From contig OZ076415.1 of NCBI GenBank assembly GCA_964187785.1, positions 55,924,001 to 55,988,000 of the forward strand: a stretch of DNA of 64,000 bases. Direction: 5' to 3'. Both the position numbers and the translations under genes were made by a program. How positions within the stretch are numbered: the first letter of the stretch is position 1; each line of letters opens with the position of its first letter. The notes below the pieces were generated by a model, which saw only the letters and a list, made by a program, of their open reading frames with translations, did not search any database and had not been told where the DNA came from. Positions 1 to 11,500 of this stretch are shown here, piece by piece. Origin of the DNA: Amphiscolops sp. MND2022. Its lineage: Eukaryota.

Positions 1-1600
1 ACTAACAGCAGCATGGAAAAGGCAAATACTTCACTATCTCGCATACTGCCAGTGGCATTTAATGGTTGTTTTATTCCATCTAGTTTTGCAAGTGCAGTGA
101 CTTAGACATAGAGCGCTTGAGCTCGTACCATGGAAAACACTCAAAAATGCCAAAAACGGGTACAAAAGCACACAATAAGTTGCAACAGCGAACAACTACC
201 ATGAACAAACGAATCGCAATTAAATTTTACGCATTTGAAAACTTGTTTCATACCATACTCCAAAAAACCGATACTTCTGGAATGAAGACTGGTTTCTTCA
301 ACATATTTTTTTCTCAACACCCAGACCAGCTAGAGTGAAACGATTTGGACCGTCGGCAACGTCTGTGTTTGTTCTAGCTTTCCATTAAAAACTTTGCTTC
401 TTGGATGCCTCCACGGGAAATGGCAGAAGAGAGTCGGGAACATACGTTTCTGCTCATCTACTAGGCAAATGAAACATGGCACATGCATCAATTGAATACC
501 TCGTACATGGCCTAAAACGCTTTAACGAACTGCGAAACACCTGTTACGACATGCGTTACGGCTTTCTAGCGATCCGCTAAGACCTAACAAAGGTACCCGC
601 TGATGGAAACGTGCAATTTTAGACCATGCCTGTCAGTACATACTTTTTACGAGAACATACAACACGTATTCGGAAAAATTCCCCGAAATACAGGAAAAAC
701 TGAACTCAGACTTTGGCTAAGAAGCTTGTACACTCTTTGACCTTGGTGGTCGTTAGCATTGGAATTTTCTTTAAGAGCGTATTCTACTTTTTTTAGACCG
801 GGGTAGGGTCCCGGGCCGTTACCATTTTCTTAAGGATAAAAAAGGAAAAATCTTTATATTTAAAAATCATTTACAGCATCGTCTTGTGGGAATTAAATGA
901 CTTTGTTCTGGTGACATTTTGCCCAGAAATTTCAAAAAGTTGGCCCAAACGATGTGTTTTGACCATCCCGAGCAAAAATTTTTCTCTATTCTTGGTCAAG
1001 TTCCTCAGAATTGGTTGGTTTTAGAGAAGTGAGTCATAACAGATTACAAAATTTGGAAATAGCCGTCATTTGGTTGGCATAATCAGATTTTGCAAAAAAG
1101 TATAGTTTTTTCGAAGTTTCACACTTTTTGTTACATTTCGATGTTTTTTGATCCATTCATTGAATTTTTTCGAAGTTTCACTAAATAATTGTAAAAAGGT
1201 TTTAAAACACCTTTTTTGCACGTTTTACGACATTTTTCGCTCTCCCATACATTTTTTCGCATACGGGGAATCTGAATCTGCAAACGAAACAACTTTTTTC
1301 TGCAGTTCAAATTTCGCTAATTTTGGTGGTCAAAAATCACTCATTTTCAACCAAACTAGTTTTTTAAATGAAAAAATCAGAGGTTAGAAACATAAAGTTG
1401 TTTAGGGATATTTACAAGAAGAAACATGCTCAGAGTCAATTTGATTGCTTGTATTAGCCAAAAAAAGCTTTTAAATTATTTTCACTTTTTTCAAAACAAG
1501 ATTAGACTTATTTCAAGAAAATTGTCTGTGACAAAATTTATAATTCTTTTTTATATAAAACGTGCATTTTTGTCTTTTCCGTTTTTTGTTATTAGCTGTG
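1..1600. repeat. Copy A of a long repeat (runs off the window start); near-identical to 2993-4720
   Basis: Position 1 (actaacagcagcatggaaaaggcaaatac) recurs at 2993 and colinearity continues to about 1600/4720 (..gttattagctg). Copy B has an extra block of about 120 bp near 3065-3190. Confidence 0.9.
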
Positions 1601-2992
1601 TACCAACACCTTTGAAGTTTTTTTGACCCAATTTGATAATTTTTGATGCTGCATAATCTATCCGAGAGAACGAAACAGTCGTGTACATTCTATCTCCCTC
1701 CCGGGGGTGATGAAAATGTACACGCTAAAATCCAGGTACTACAGATCACATTTTTCTTTTTAGGCGACGCTCTTTATGTTGAAGCCCATGAATTCAAATT
1801 GTTCGTCTGAATTTTGCTACTGACTTGAGGTATGCTGTATGTCTGGTCCTGACATTACCCTCATATACATCACAAACGTCAACGCCACATACTGTTACCA
1901 ACGCCCACCGTCCGTGGGCATGCCGAGGGATGCCCTTCGACGACGTATGGAAATACCTCGGGCGACGCCCGCGCTCCCTGTGTACAGAAGTTCGGTACAC
2001 TTTTGTATCAGTAGGAGCCAAAAGGCACTCTTATTGCACGATTTCCAAACACCGGTACGAGTTAGCGGCTAGGTTTTCTCGCTAGCAATGCACCAACTAG
2101 CACAAGATACGTCAATGGGCTGCAATTTGTCCCCACTTCTCGGCTAAGGTGTTCAGGCACTTCCAAAAAATTTCGAAAAGTTTGCCTTTTTGCACCTCGC
2201 CTTGTGCAGTACGTTCTTGCCAATGTTCAACAAATATTGCACCGATTGGCACAAAACTTCGTAGACACTGCCAGTGGGCACACACAATGCTGTCTCAATG
2301 GTCTGATAGAAGCCCGCAGGCTTTCCTGGGATTTCGACTAGGTATAGACACTCTTTTGCAAAAACAGTCTTTTTTGACACATTTTCGAAAATTGGCTAAG
2401 AGGGTCGACACTACAAATGTTACGGCAGGCAAAATAGGGTCAACGTGTTGCCCCACTGGTCACAGCACTGCCACCAGCCCTTAATTAGCTGTGCCTGTTA
2501 GGTATATTGCACTGTCGGTCCTACAGTTTTAGCTTGTTTCGGCTTTTTAGCTCTTTCTGATGTCAAAACGAACTTTTCTCGACTTTGGTTGGCGCTAGGC
2601 TCATCAAATTTTTGGCACTAAGTTTCTTTTGGTGGTAGTTACGAAAATGCCATCACTTTTCAGCTAGGTCTCAGGAATCAATGACCCGACACAAACTATT
2701 AGGTTTTGTGGAAATCTGATCAAATTCTGTGCGTTCTTCCACTTTTCTCACCACTGAATGGGAGTTTCTACATGCCGTTTGAACAACCACACGTAATTTT
2801 TACTATAAAAACAGAAAATGAGAACGCGCAGGTTCCCAGGCCTCGAAAACACTAAGTGTCCTAGAGGTTTTAATTATGCACTCTGGCAATCATGAAACTC
2901 GCCAAAAATCAAGGTTTTTTGACATGTGATATCTAAGATGACGTTGCAAACTCTTTTAGTTCCTCTTTTTGGTACTGTGAAGTGGACCCAAA

Positions 2993-4720
2993 ACTAACAG
3001 CAGCATGGAAAAGGCAAATACTTCACTATCTCGCACACTCCCAGTTGCATTTAATCGTTGTTTTGTTGCGGTTTTCGCCAAAAACCTGGTTTTTTCATAC
3101 AAAATGCGTCCAAAAAAGGACTCCCTCCAACGGCCTATGTGGTGGACATTACATTATGTAGCAGAATTCTAGGAGGTTTGAGCTGCTTTCCATCTACTTT
3201 TGCAGGTGCAGTGACTTATACCTAGAGCCCTTGAGCTCGTATCATGAAAAACACTCAAAAATGCCAAAAACGGGTACAAAAGCACACAATAAGTTGCAAT
3301 AGCGAACAACTAGCATGAACAAACGAATCCCCGATAAATTTCACGCATTTGAAAAAGTGTTTCATACCATACTCCAAAAATCCGATACTTCTGGAATGAA
3401 GGCTGGAACCTTCAACGTGTTTTTCTCTCAACACCCATACCAGCTAGAGAGAAACGATTTAGACCGTCGGCAACGTCTGTGTTTGTTCTAGCTTTCCAAT
3501 AAAAACTTTGCTTCTAGGACGCTTCCACGGGAAATGGCAGAAGAGAATCGGGAACATACGTTTCTGCTCATCTACTAGGCAAATGAAACATGGCACATGC
3601 ATCAATTGAATACCTCGTACATGGCCTAAAACGCTGAAACGAACTGCAAAACACCTCTTACGACATGCGTTACGGCTTTCTAGCGATCCACTAAAACCTT
3701 ACAAAGGTACCCACTGATAGGAACGTGCAATTTCAGACCATGCCTGTCAACAAATACTTTTTACAAGAACATACAACACGTATTCGGAAAATTCCCCGAA
3801 ATACAGGAAAAATTGAGCACAGACTTGGGCTAAGAAGCTTGTACACTCTTTGACCTTAGTGGTTGTTAGCATTGGAATTTTCTTTAAGAGCGTAGTCTAC
3901 TTTTTTTAGGCCGAGGTAGGGTCCCGGGCCGTTACCATTTTCTTACGGATAAAAAAGGAAAAATCTTTATATTTAAAATTCTTTTACAGCATCGCCTTGG
4001 GATTTGAATGACTTTGTTCTGGTGACATTTTGCCCAGAAATTTCAAAAAGTTGGTCCAAACGATAAGTTTTTGACCATTCCGAGAAAAAATGTTTCGCTA
4101 TTTTGGTCAAGTTCCTCAGAATTGGTTGATTATGGTGAAGTGAGTCATAACAGATTACAAAATTTGCAAATATCCATCATTTGGTTGGCATAATCAGATT
4201 TTGCAAAAAAGTTCAGTTTTTTCAAAATTTCACACTTTTTGTTACATTTCGTTGTTTTTTGGTCCATTCATTGAATTTTTTCGAAGTTTCACTAAATAAT
4301 TGCAAAAAGGTTTTTAAACACATTTTTTGCACGTTTTACGACGTTTTTCGCTCTCCCATACATTTTTTCGCATACGGGGAATCTGAATCTGCAAACGAAA
4401 CAACTTTTTCTGCAGTTCAAAACTCGCTAATTTTGGTGGTCAAAAATGACTCATTTTCAACAGAACTAGTTTTTCAAACGAAAATATCAGATTTTAGAAA
4501 CATAAAGTTGTTTAGGGATATTTATAAGAAGAAACATGCTCAGGGTCAATTTGATTGCTTGTATTAGCCAAAGAAAGCTATTAAATTATTTTCACAATCT
4601 TAAAACGAGACTAGACTTATTTCAAAAATTTGTCTGTGACAAAATTTAAATTTCTCTTTTATATAAAACTTGCATTTTTGGTCATTTCCGTTCGCAAACT
4701 TCTTGAAAAACGTTATTAGC
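2993..4720. repeat. Copy B of the long repeat, cut off on the right by a LINE
   Basis: Colinear with 1-1600; homology stops at about 4720 where LINE sequence begins. The segment 1950-2992 is probably part of the same unit. Confidence 0.85.
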
Positions 4721-6751
4721 TGGTCATTGAAGGTGTGCCTCGTGAAGAGCTTCGTATCAGAGGGCCGAAACGTTTGAGAAATTGTCATGAGGTTGAATTC
4801 CAGAAACGACTTCAACTGAAAGCAAGCCTTGTTAACGTAGCAAGCCTTTGAGAACCAATTATCGCGTCATTGCTCACTTGTGTTTGAATCCACGCATATA
4901 TCGGAAAACACTCTGGATGTTGTTCTGTCTACCTCGCCGGAACTTTTTTCAGTGTTAGTGGATGGGAACTTTTTCTCAGACAATTAACCTGTTTTCGCTC
5001 TGTTCACTATTCCATTACCCCTGACTGAACCTAATACTCAAGTTATTTCCAAATTTTCAATTTTTTTCTCGAAAACACATTTCAATAAAAGCCTCTCTCC
5101 AAATTCTTACACACTCTTGTCTTGTCCCAATTCGGACATGTTGTCAACAACTCTGGAAGAAGATTTTGAGCTATGACACAGAACAGTTTTCGATGCCTTC
5201 GTTCAATCCTGCTCCATGAAATCTTCTCGCCGGAAGCAGTTTTTCTATTACTACTCCTACAATCCACCTGCTGAACAAATAACTTACTGCCGCCAAAATC
5301 AACTGTAAACTTGAATATATCTCAAAACTCCGTAAGATGTCAACAAGTCTATTGAGCCAGACAAGGCCTTTCTAATCGACAGCCTTTCTTCGTATTCAAC
5401 GCATACCTGTTTTAAATATCTACGCTCCTTCTCGTCAAATCTGTTACCGAACCAAATGCTTCGGAAAATTTTATCTGCTAATTAGCGCAAAACAATAGCA
5501 AATCTCTTCAACTCCTTTTCCTGCCCTATCTGTTGGAACTAGTCCCTCTGCATCATTGCCTAATCCGCAAAACCCTGAAATCTTTTTGCGCAATTTCGAA
5601 ATTAACATATATGAAGTTTCCGGACTGTTGCTGAAGGCCTCAACTAGCTGTAGAAGCTCCGATCACATCCCAACCTTTCTCCTCTATCGCTGCTCGGATG
5701 TATTAGCGCCATTAGTCACACAACTAATTGAAATGGTTATCAAAACCAAAGAATGGCCAAGTCTCTGGAAATGTTCAACCATAACACCAACTTACAAATC
5801 AGATGATCCCGAAAATGTCGAAAGTTAGCGACACATCAGTGTTCTGCCTCAGCTGTCAATTATACTCGAGAAGCTACTCTTTCGCTATATCTATTACCAT
5901 GTGAGAAAAAAAGTTTGCACCGAACAACACGGTTTCAAGAGAAAGGGGTCAACTGTAACCCAGCTTCTGCCGTTTTTAGATTAGCTCTATGATCGAAAGG
6001 ACTCAAACATTTCGAGCTATGCTGTCTGTTTTTGATTTTCGGAAAGCTTTTGATTTTGTCACTCATCAACTCCTCCTTCACAAACTAGCATACTTTAGAT
6101 TCGATAGTGATTTCCTCGAACTTTTCCAATCATATCTCTCTTCAAGGTTCCAGCAAGTTTCTGTCAACGGTGTTCTATTACAGTTGTCAAACGTAAACAG
6201 CGGAATGCCGCAGGGAATCGTTGTTGGACCCCTCATTTTCAATCATTTTTAATAACGACCTACACAACAATATCACGAAATCGTCATGTTACCTGTTCGC
6301 TGATGATAGCAAGTTACTATACTATCACGATTCAATCCTGACCAACATGACATTGTCAACTTTCAGAATTGGGCTATCGAAAATCTCATGTTATTCAATA
6401 TTGATAAATGCGAAAGTCCCTTTTTTGATGGGCGAAATAAATCAAGTGCTTCTGTCATGTTGGATAGATTGAAATTCCTTATGTCAACTGCATCAAAGGA
6501 GGCTTGTGTATTTATGTTCAGAGCTCAATCTCATGGAAAGGCAACATTCAGGAGTACTTAGTGGCAGCTCGCAAGTCTTTTCACTTTCTGAAACGCACCA
6601 TCCCTCATAATGTCTCAAAATTTTCATATTGCCGCCTCTTTTGTCCATAGTATACTTCTCTATTGCTCCCAAATCTTGTACCCCTCAATTAGTCAAAGGA
6701 GACAACGAAAACTTCTCAACAGAAAATGTTTATATTGGGTCGCCGGTCTCT

Positions 6752-7868
6752 TGGGATGGCTGTAAATAGGTCGAATTTTCCTGGTCGAAAAGACAGAGGT
6801 CGAACATTTTGATCGAATTGCAGGGATCGAATAGAATGCGGTCGAATTTGATCGAAACCTTCGGGTCGAAAACGTTCTTCGTTTGCCTCAAGTCGGACAG
6901 GAGCAAAGACCTAGCGGGAACGGAGAATGACTATCATAATGTGGGGCGTATGCTGTGTATGCACGCTCGCCCTCACCGTCGCAAAGACCAGCTCCCACTA
7001 CGATCGCTTCGCGATCTCCGTTCCCGCTAGTTCTTTGCTCCTGTTCGACCTCGCTTAGCAAGATGGGAACATAAGCGGCCCCAAGGGGCGGTGCAGGTAC
7101 GTTTCGTCACCAGCCATTCGAGCGACAAAAATTTCATCCCATTTCGGCGACAAAGTGTCGCCCAAATGTCCTGTAGACTAAATGGCCAAATATGTTCACA
7201 TACCCCTAGTGCCCTAAATGCAGAAGCGAAGCGAAGCGACGTGCCATATGGCCATGCCTCAATGTTGCTATATACAACAAACATGCTAACCTCTTCAAAT
7301 ATATCGGTTAATTGATCAATTTGATCAACCCATTTGGTCGACACTTTTGTCGCCCATGTGACCGACGACATTTTGTCGCCCAAATGGCTGGTGACGAAGG
7401 ATTGCATGAAATGGGTCGAATGAAATAGGTCGAAAAGAATTAGGTCGACCCTTTTGGTCGAATAACTTAGGTCGAATTGACTGAGGTCGAATTGGATCGA
7501 ATGGAATTGGGTCGAAATCAATATGTTGTCTCCCTAGAACTTGGCATTTTTCAAGGTCGACCCAAGTCCATTCGACCCAATTCCGAAACGGTGAAGATTC
7601 GACCCATGGCACAGGAGGCCGATTCGACCCATTTCTTTCGACCCATTTCCGTTCAACCGGTGAGGAAGGGTCTCTGGCCCGCAAGGGGCCGCGGGGCACT
7701 AGAGTGAATGGGGACATATCCGAGACACGTTTTATACTTTTCTAGAAAATTCTATCTATAAACAAAATTTCGATCCGCGTGGTTTCGATCCCATTCAAAA
7801 ATTGGTATGTCGACCCGAGGACTAACTCTGATTTCGATCACGTTCCTTCGACCTATTTCCGCCCACCC
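6752..7868. mobile_element. Non-autonomous TIR element rich in ggtcgaa/ttcgacc motifs, inserted in the LINE
   Basis: Flanked by gtctct direct repeats (6746-6751, 7869-7874). Imperfect TIRs gggatggctgtaaataggtcgaa / ttcgacctatttccgcccaccc. Removing it restores the LINE frame YWVAGLWDYHLQL. Confidence 0.75.
7103..7398. repeat. Internal inverted-repeat unit (possible nested MITE)
   Basis: ttcgtcaccagccattcgagcgacaaaa (7103-7130) is inverted relative to ttttgtcgcccaaatggctggtgacgaa (7371-7398); further inverted gcgacaaagtgtcgc blocks lie inside. Confidence 0.6.
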
Positions 7869-8500
7869 GTCTCTGGGACTACCATCTTCAACTCTCGCGA
7901 ACACATACCTTGCCCATATCTTTTTATCCTACACCTCGAGACTCGATTTTCCTAAACAAGACTATCGATAGGAAATACGACCATGTTTCAGCTCAAATGT
8001 CAGAAATCTCTGAACTTCCAGAAGTTCACATCCAGACTATCTTACTTTCAACGAGTCTGCCAATGGTCCAATTTCTGATCCCAGAAAAACTGACATTACT
8101 CAATCTTTCGAATTATTCAAGCCTTTTGTAAACGCCTATATTCATAGTTGCGTGCCCTCTTTCAACTTGCATCGTAGCTGCTCATGGTTTATTAAATGCT
8201 TTTGTAGCATCTGTCGTTCTTAATTTTTCACGCCTAATGACGTCGTTTGTAAATACCATTCATAACTTTGTAATATGCTTTTTATCGAAGGGAATAAAGT
8301 CTTGTAGTAGTAGTATTCGAGACCACGTGCGTGGGTCATCTCCCCCCGTACATGATGACCTACATGGCCCCAGAATAATGACGATGATCGGTGTCATCTG
8401 ATAGGAAAAAAGTTTTGGCCTCCAGATTAAGTTTTTCATTAAATTGCATGTTCGTTTTGTATCAGATAAGTTTAAAACTCGAATGTTTTCTAGAGTTCAC

Positions 8501-11500
8501 ATGGATGAAGCTTCATGTGACGGCTTTCCAGGTGGCGAAGAAAATGAAGATTTGGACCCTCGAATTCAGGTAACTGGTGATAAATTCTGTAAAAATTGTT
8601 GGGCAGAGCGAATGCAGTCGTTGCTTCCATACGTAGAATCTCCTCAGTGAAATGACGATAATGCATTCGGTAGTTAGTTGGAAAATATCTGATCTGAAGT
8701 GTGGTTAAATTTGTTTTGTCGATTAGCCTAACATAGGCTATTCGGTCATATCGGCAGTGTGTGCAAGAACCACGCATACATGCATCAGTGCTAGCGTAGC
8801 GAGAACGATTCAGCGCTTGGGGTCTTTGGTTGTCAGAAATCTGGAGAGAAGTGACGGAAAAGTTTTTATTTCTTCCTAATAATAGACCTGAAGTATTCTG
8901 TATTGTTCCTTCAAACTTTCTATATTACTCTCACTGGAAAAACTGATGAATTTTTGTTTGAATATCAAGCCATCGTATGAATTGAGAAAAAAGATATAAT
9001 CAGTATACGGTACTTGATTGTGTTCAAATCTTTGACGAAAAACCAACTTTCTAAAACGCTCAAGTTATCTACAGTGGAAGCCGCTTAAATGGGACGCGCT
9101 TATAAGAGACAACGCTTGATTGGCACGCATATTTCGGTCCCCTGACTTACCTGACCCGGTCAATTGCACTACTGATATCAGAGACAACGGATATAACAGA
9201 CAAGAATACCCAGTCGCGAGGCGTCCCATATAAGCGGTTTCCACGGTATTTTTTCATCTGTTTAGACTTTTTCCTCGTCGTTATTTTAACTGTACCTCAC
9301 TGAAGTGGACTTCACTACCGCTACATTTACGCGATGCATGTGAATTTTGAATAATTAATAAAAATTAGTACTTGCTTAACTGCAGGTATCAGATACTGGC
9401 CAGGAAACTTCGATGACTTGCATTCCAAAAAACATCGAATGTTCGTGAGCCTCCTCCGTGATTCCTCCATTCTCAAGCCTTTGTAAAAATGATTGGACTT
9501 ATTCCAAAAAAATGAACTGAAATAAATTATTTAGACTTTCAGTTTATTGTGTTAGGTAATTTTTTTTTGTTTCATTTTACTTTTTGGCGTGGGGGGGGGG
9601 GGGGGTGGTGTGCTATAAGTATAATAATTTATAAATGCAATAAACTGCTAAAGCATACATATTCAGCGAAGCAACGTTAAATTTTGTTTTTTTTTGGCGA
9701 CGGACTCACGCCTGCTTATACGTGAAAAAGCAAAGCTGTTCCTTTTTATTGATGAAATCTGCAAAGCTAAGTTCGATTTTCAAATATGAATAATTTTCCT
9801 CTTTGAAATATTCCAGTAATTAGGATTATTCATTTTAGTGGAATAATTGCACTTGCGATAAGCAAGTGTTATGGGAAAGTGCGGGTGCTTTTTTTCCGCG
9901 CGACAACTCTCATTTCACGCGGCAAGTCGCACATTTCACGCGTTCGTGGTCTAGTGGTAAATTGGTTGCTTTTCAACCCCGAGGTTTCGTGCTCGAACCC
10001 GTGGCAATGTGCTTATTGTTTTTACAAGTATTCCGAAGCAGCAGGAGGTTTTCACTTTGTTACGAACATTTTCTTGGAAACGAAATTTTTGAATTTCAGC
10101 TTTTATTCGAATTTTTGGAGATTATGTTCAAATATTATAAAATAGCCAATATTTCGCCAGAAGTGTCTGAATATTCAATTCATTGCAGTTTTCTGCTATA
10201 ATATCGCAATTCCTTGTATTTTACGGGTTATTTGCTATCTGATATAATGTTGATGATGACTTTTATTGGGGCCGAGGGCGAACTATATGCCATGAAGCTG
10301 TCCTCCGAAAAAGGAGACTCTGGCTGGTTGAACGCGCTTCCTCTGCAGAAATATGGTTTCGCCCTAACCAAATCGGAATTCAGAGACGGCTTAGCTCTCC
10401 GATATGGATGGGAACCCAAAAATCTCCCTATTTCGTGTGCATGCGGTGAACCTTTTGAAATGTCTCACGCTTTACACTGTGCAAAAGGCGGATACACCCA
10501 TCTGCGGCACAATGAAATTCGCGACACATTCGCTAAGTCCTTAGGAGACGTCTGCAACGATGTTGAAATCGAACCGAAACTTCAGCCGTTAGAAGGCGAG
10601 ACCTTCGATAATAAATCAACGAGCACTGAAGATGATGCTAGATTAGACATCAAAGCAAACGGACTTTTCGATTCAAGATTCTGCCGAACCTTTTTCGATG
10701 TTAAAATCTTCAACCCATTCGCTAACTCCTGTCCGAAACAAATTCAAGAAGCATACAAACACCACGAAGCTTCAAAGGAACGCAAATACGAGCAACGTAT
10801 CATAGATGTCGAAAATAGCTCTTTCAGCCCACTCGTGTTTGCGACTACAGGAGGAGCCGGACCGTCTGCGTCGAAAGTCATCACAAGGCTCGCGGTCAAG
10901 CTCAGCGACAAAACTACTGAGCCTTACGCCGATGTCGTAGGTTTTATCAGAACGAAGGTTAGTTTTGCACTTTTGAAGAGTTCAATTTTGTGTATTAGAG
11001 GATGTAGATCTCTTAAACGTACGGTCATTCAGACCGAGTCCTCTATGAGCGCGATCGTCGAAGAGGGGAGGCTCTCAAGCTCTCAGTAATTCTGTAACGA
11101 GCAAATTAATTTGTGAGATGCTGTTTTATAGACGAGCATATTCTTTGCGATTTGTTGTTTTGTTTTATAAATTAGTCCTCCGCTTGCCGATGTTTTCACA
11201 TTTATTTTCATGGGACCGTTACTGACACCGCAAGGAGGCTCTGCAGTTTGCAGCGTTTCGACACCTTCCACACCATTTTGACAAGCCCCCTCTGTAACCT
11301 GGGCCATACATACGTAGACCATTACCTTTCTGATTTCGAGGCGCACGGTCCATATAATTCTGTAATAGAGGAAAATTGCAAATTTAAGGGAAACTCTTTA
11401 CGACTAGCCAATAACATTACAGTACGTCGTTTTTGTGCCCAAATTCGCCACGTCTACAGTTTCTTGATCTTTATGAAAATCAACCTTGCCGAAAAGGTAA

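Larger units (their letters stand above)
4740..8313 (+). mobile_element. Decayed CR1/L2-type LINE (APE remnant, RT, C-terminal Cys motif), interrupted by a MITE
   Basis: About 4890-5000 reads THISENTLDVVLST..FSDN*PVF (end of APE). 5556-6472 reads [59 protein letters not shown] (RT, with stops and frameshifts). After the insertion: LPISFYP.. and CSWFIKCFCSIC*. Then aataaa and a (gta)n tail at about 8303-8314. Confidence 0.9.

Noticed and set aside
7027-7717. ORFs of 130-164 aa within the ggtcgaa-rich insertion
   Set aside because: Produced by reiterated short motifs; no transposase motif.
9387-9445. AG..GT-bounded open segment as an extra SH3BP5 exon
   Set aside because: The family motif DPRIQxELxxLN is contiguous only if 8569 joins 14483 directly, and the segment ends in an incompatible phase.
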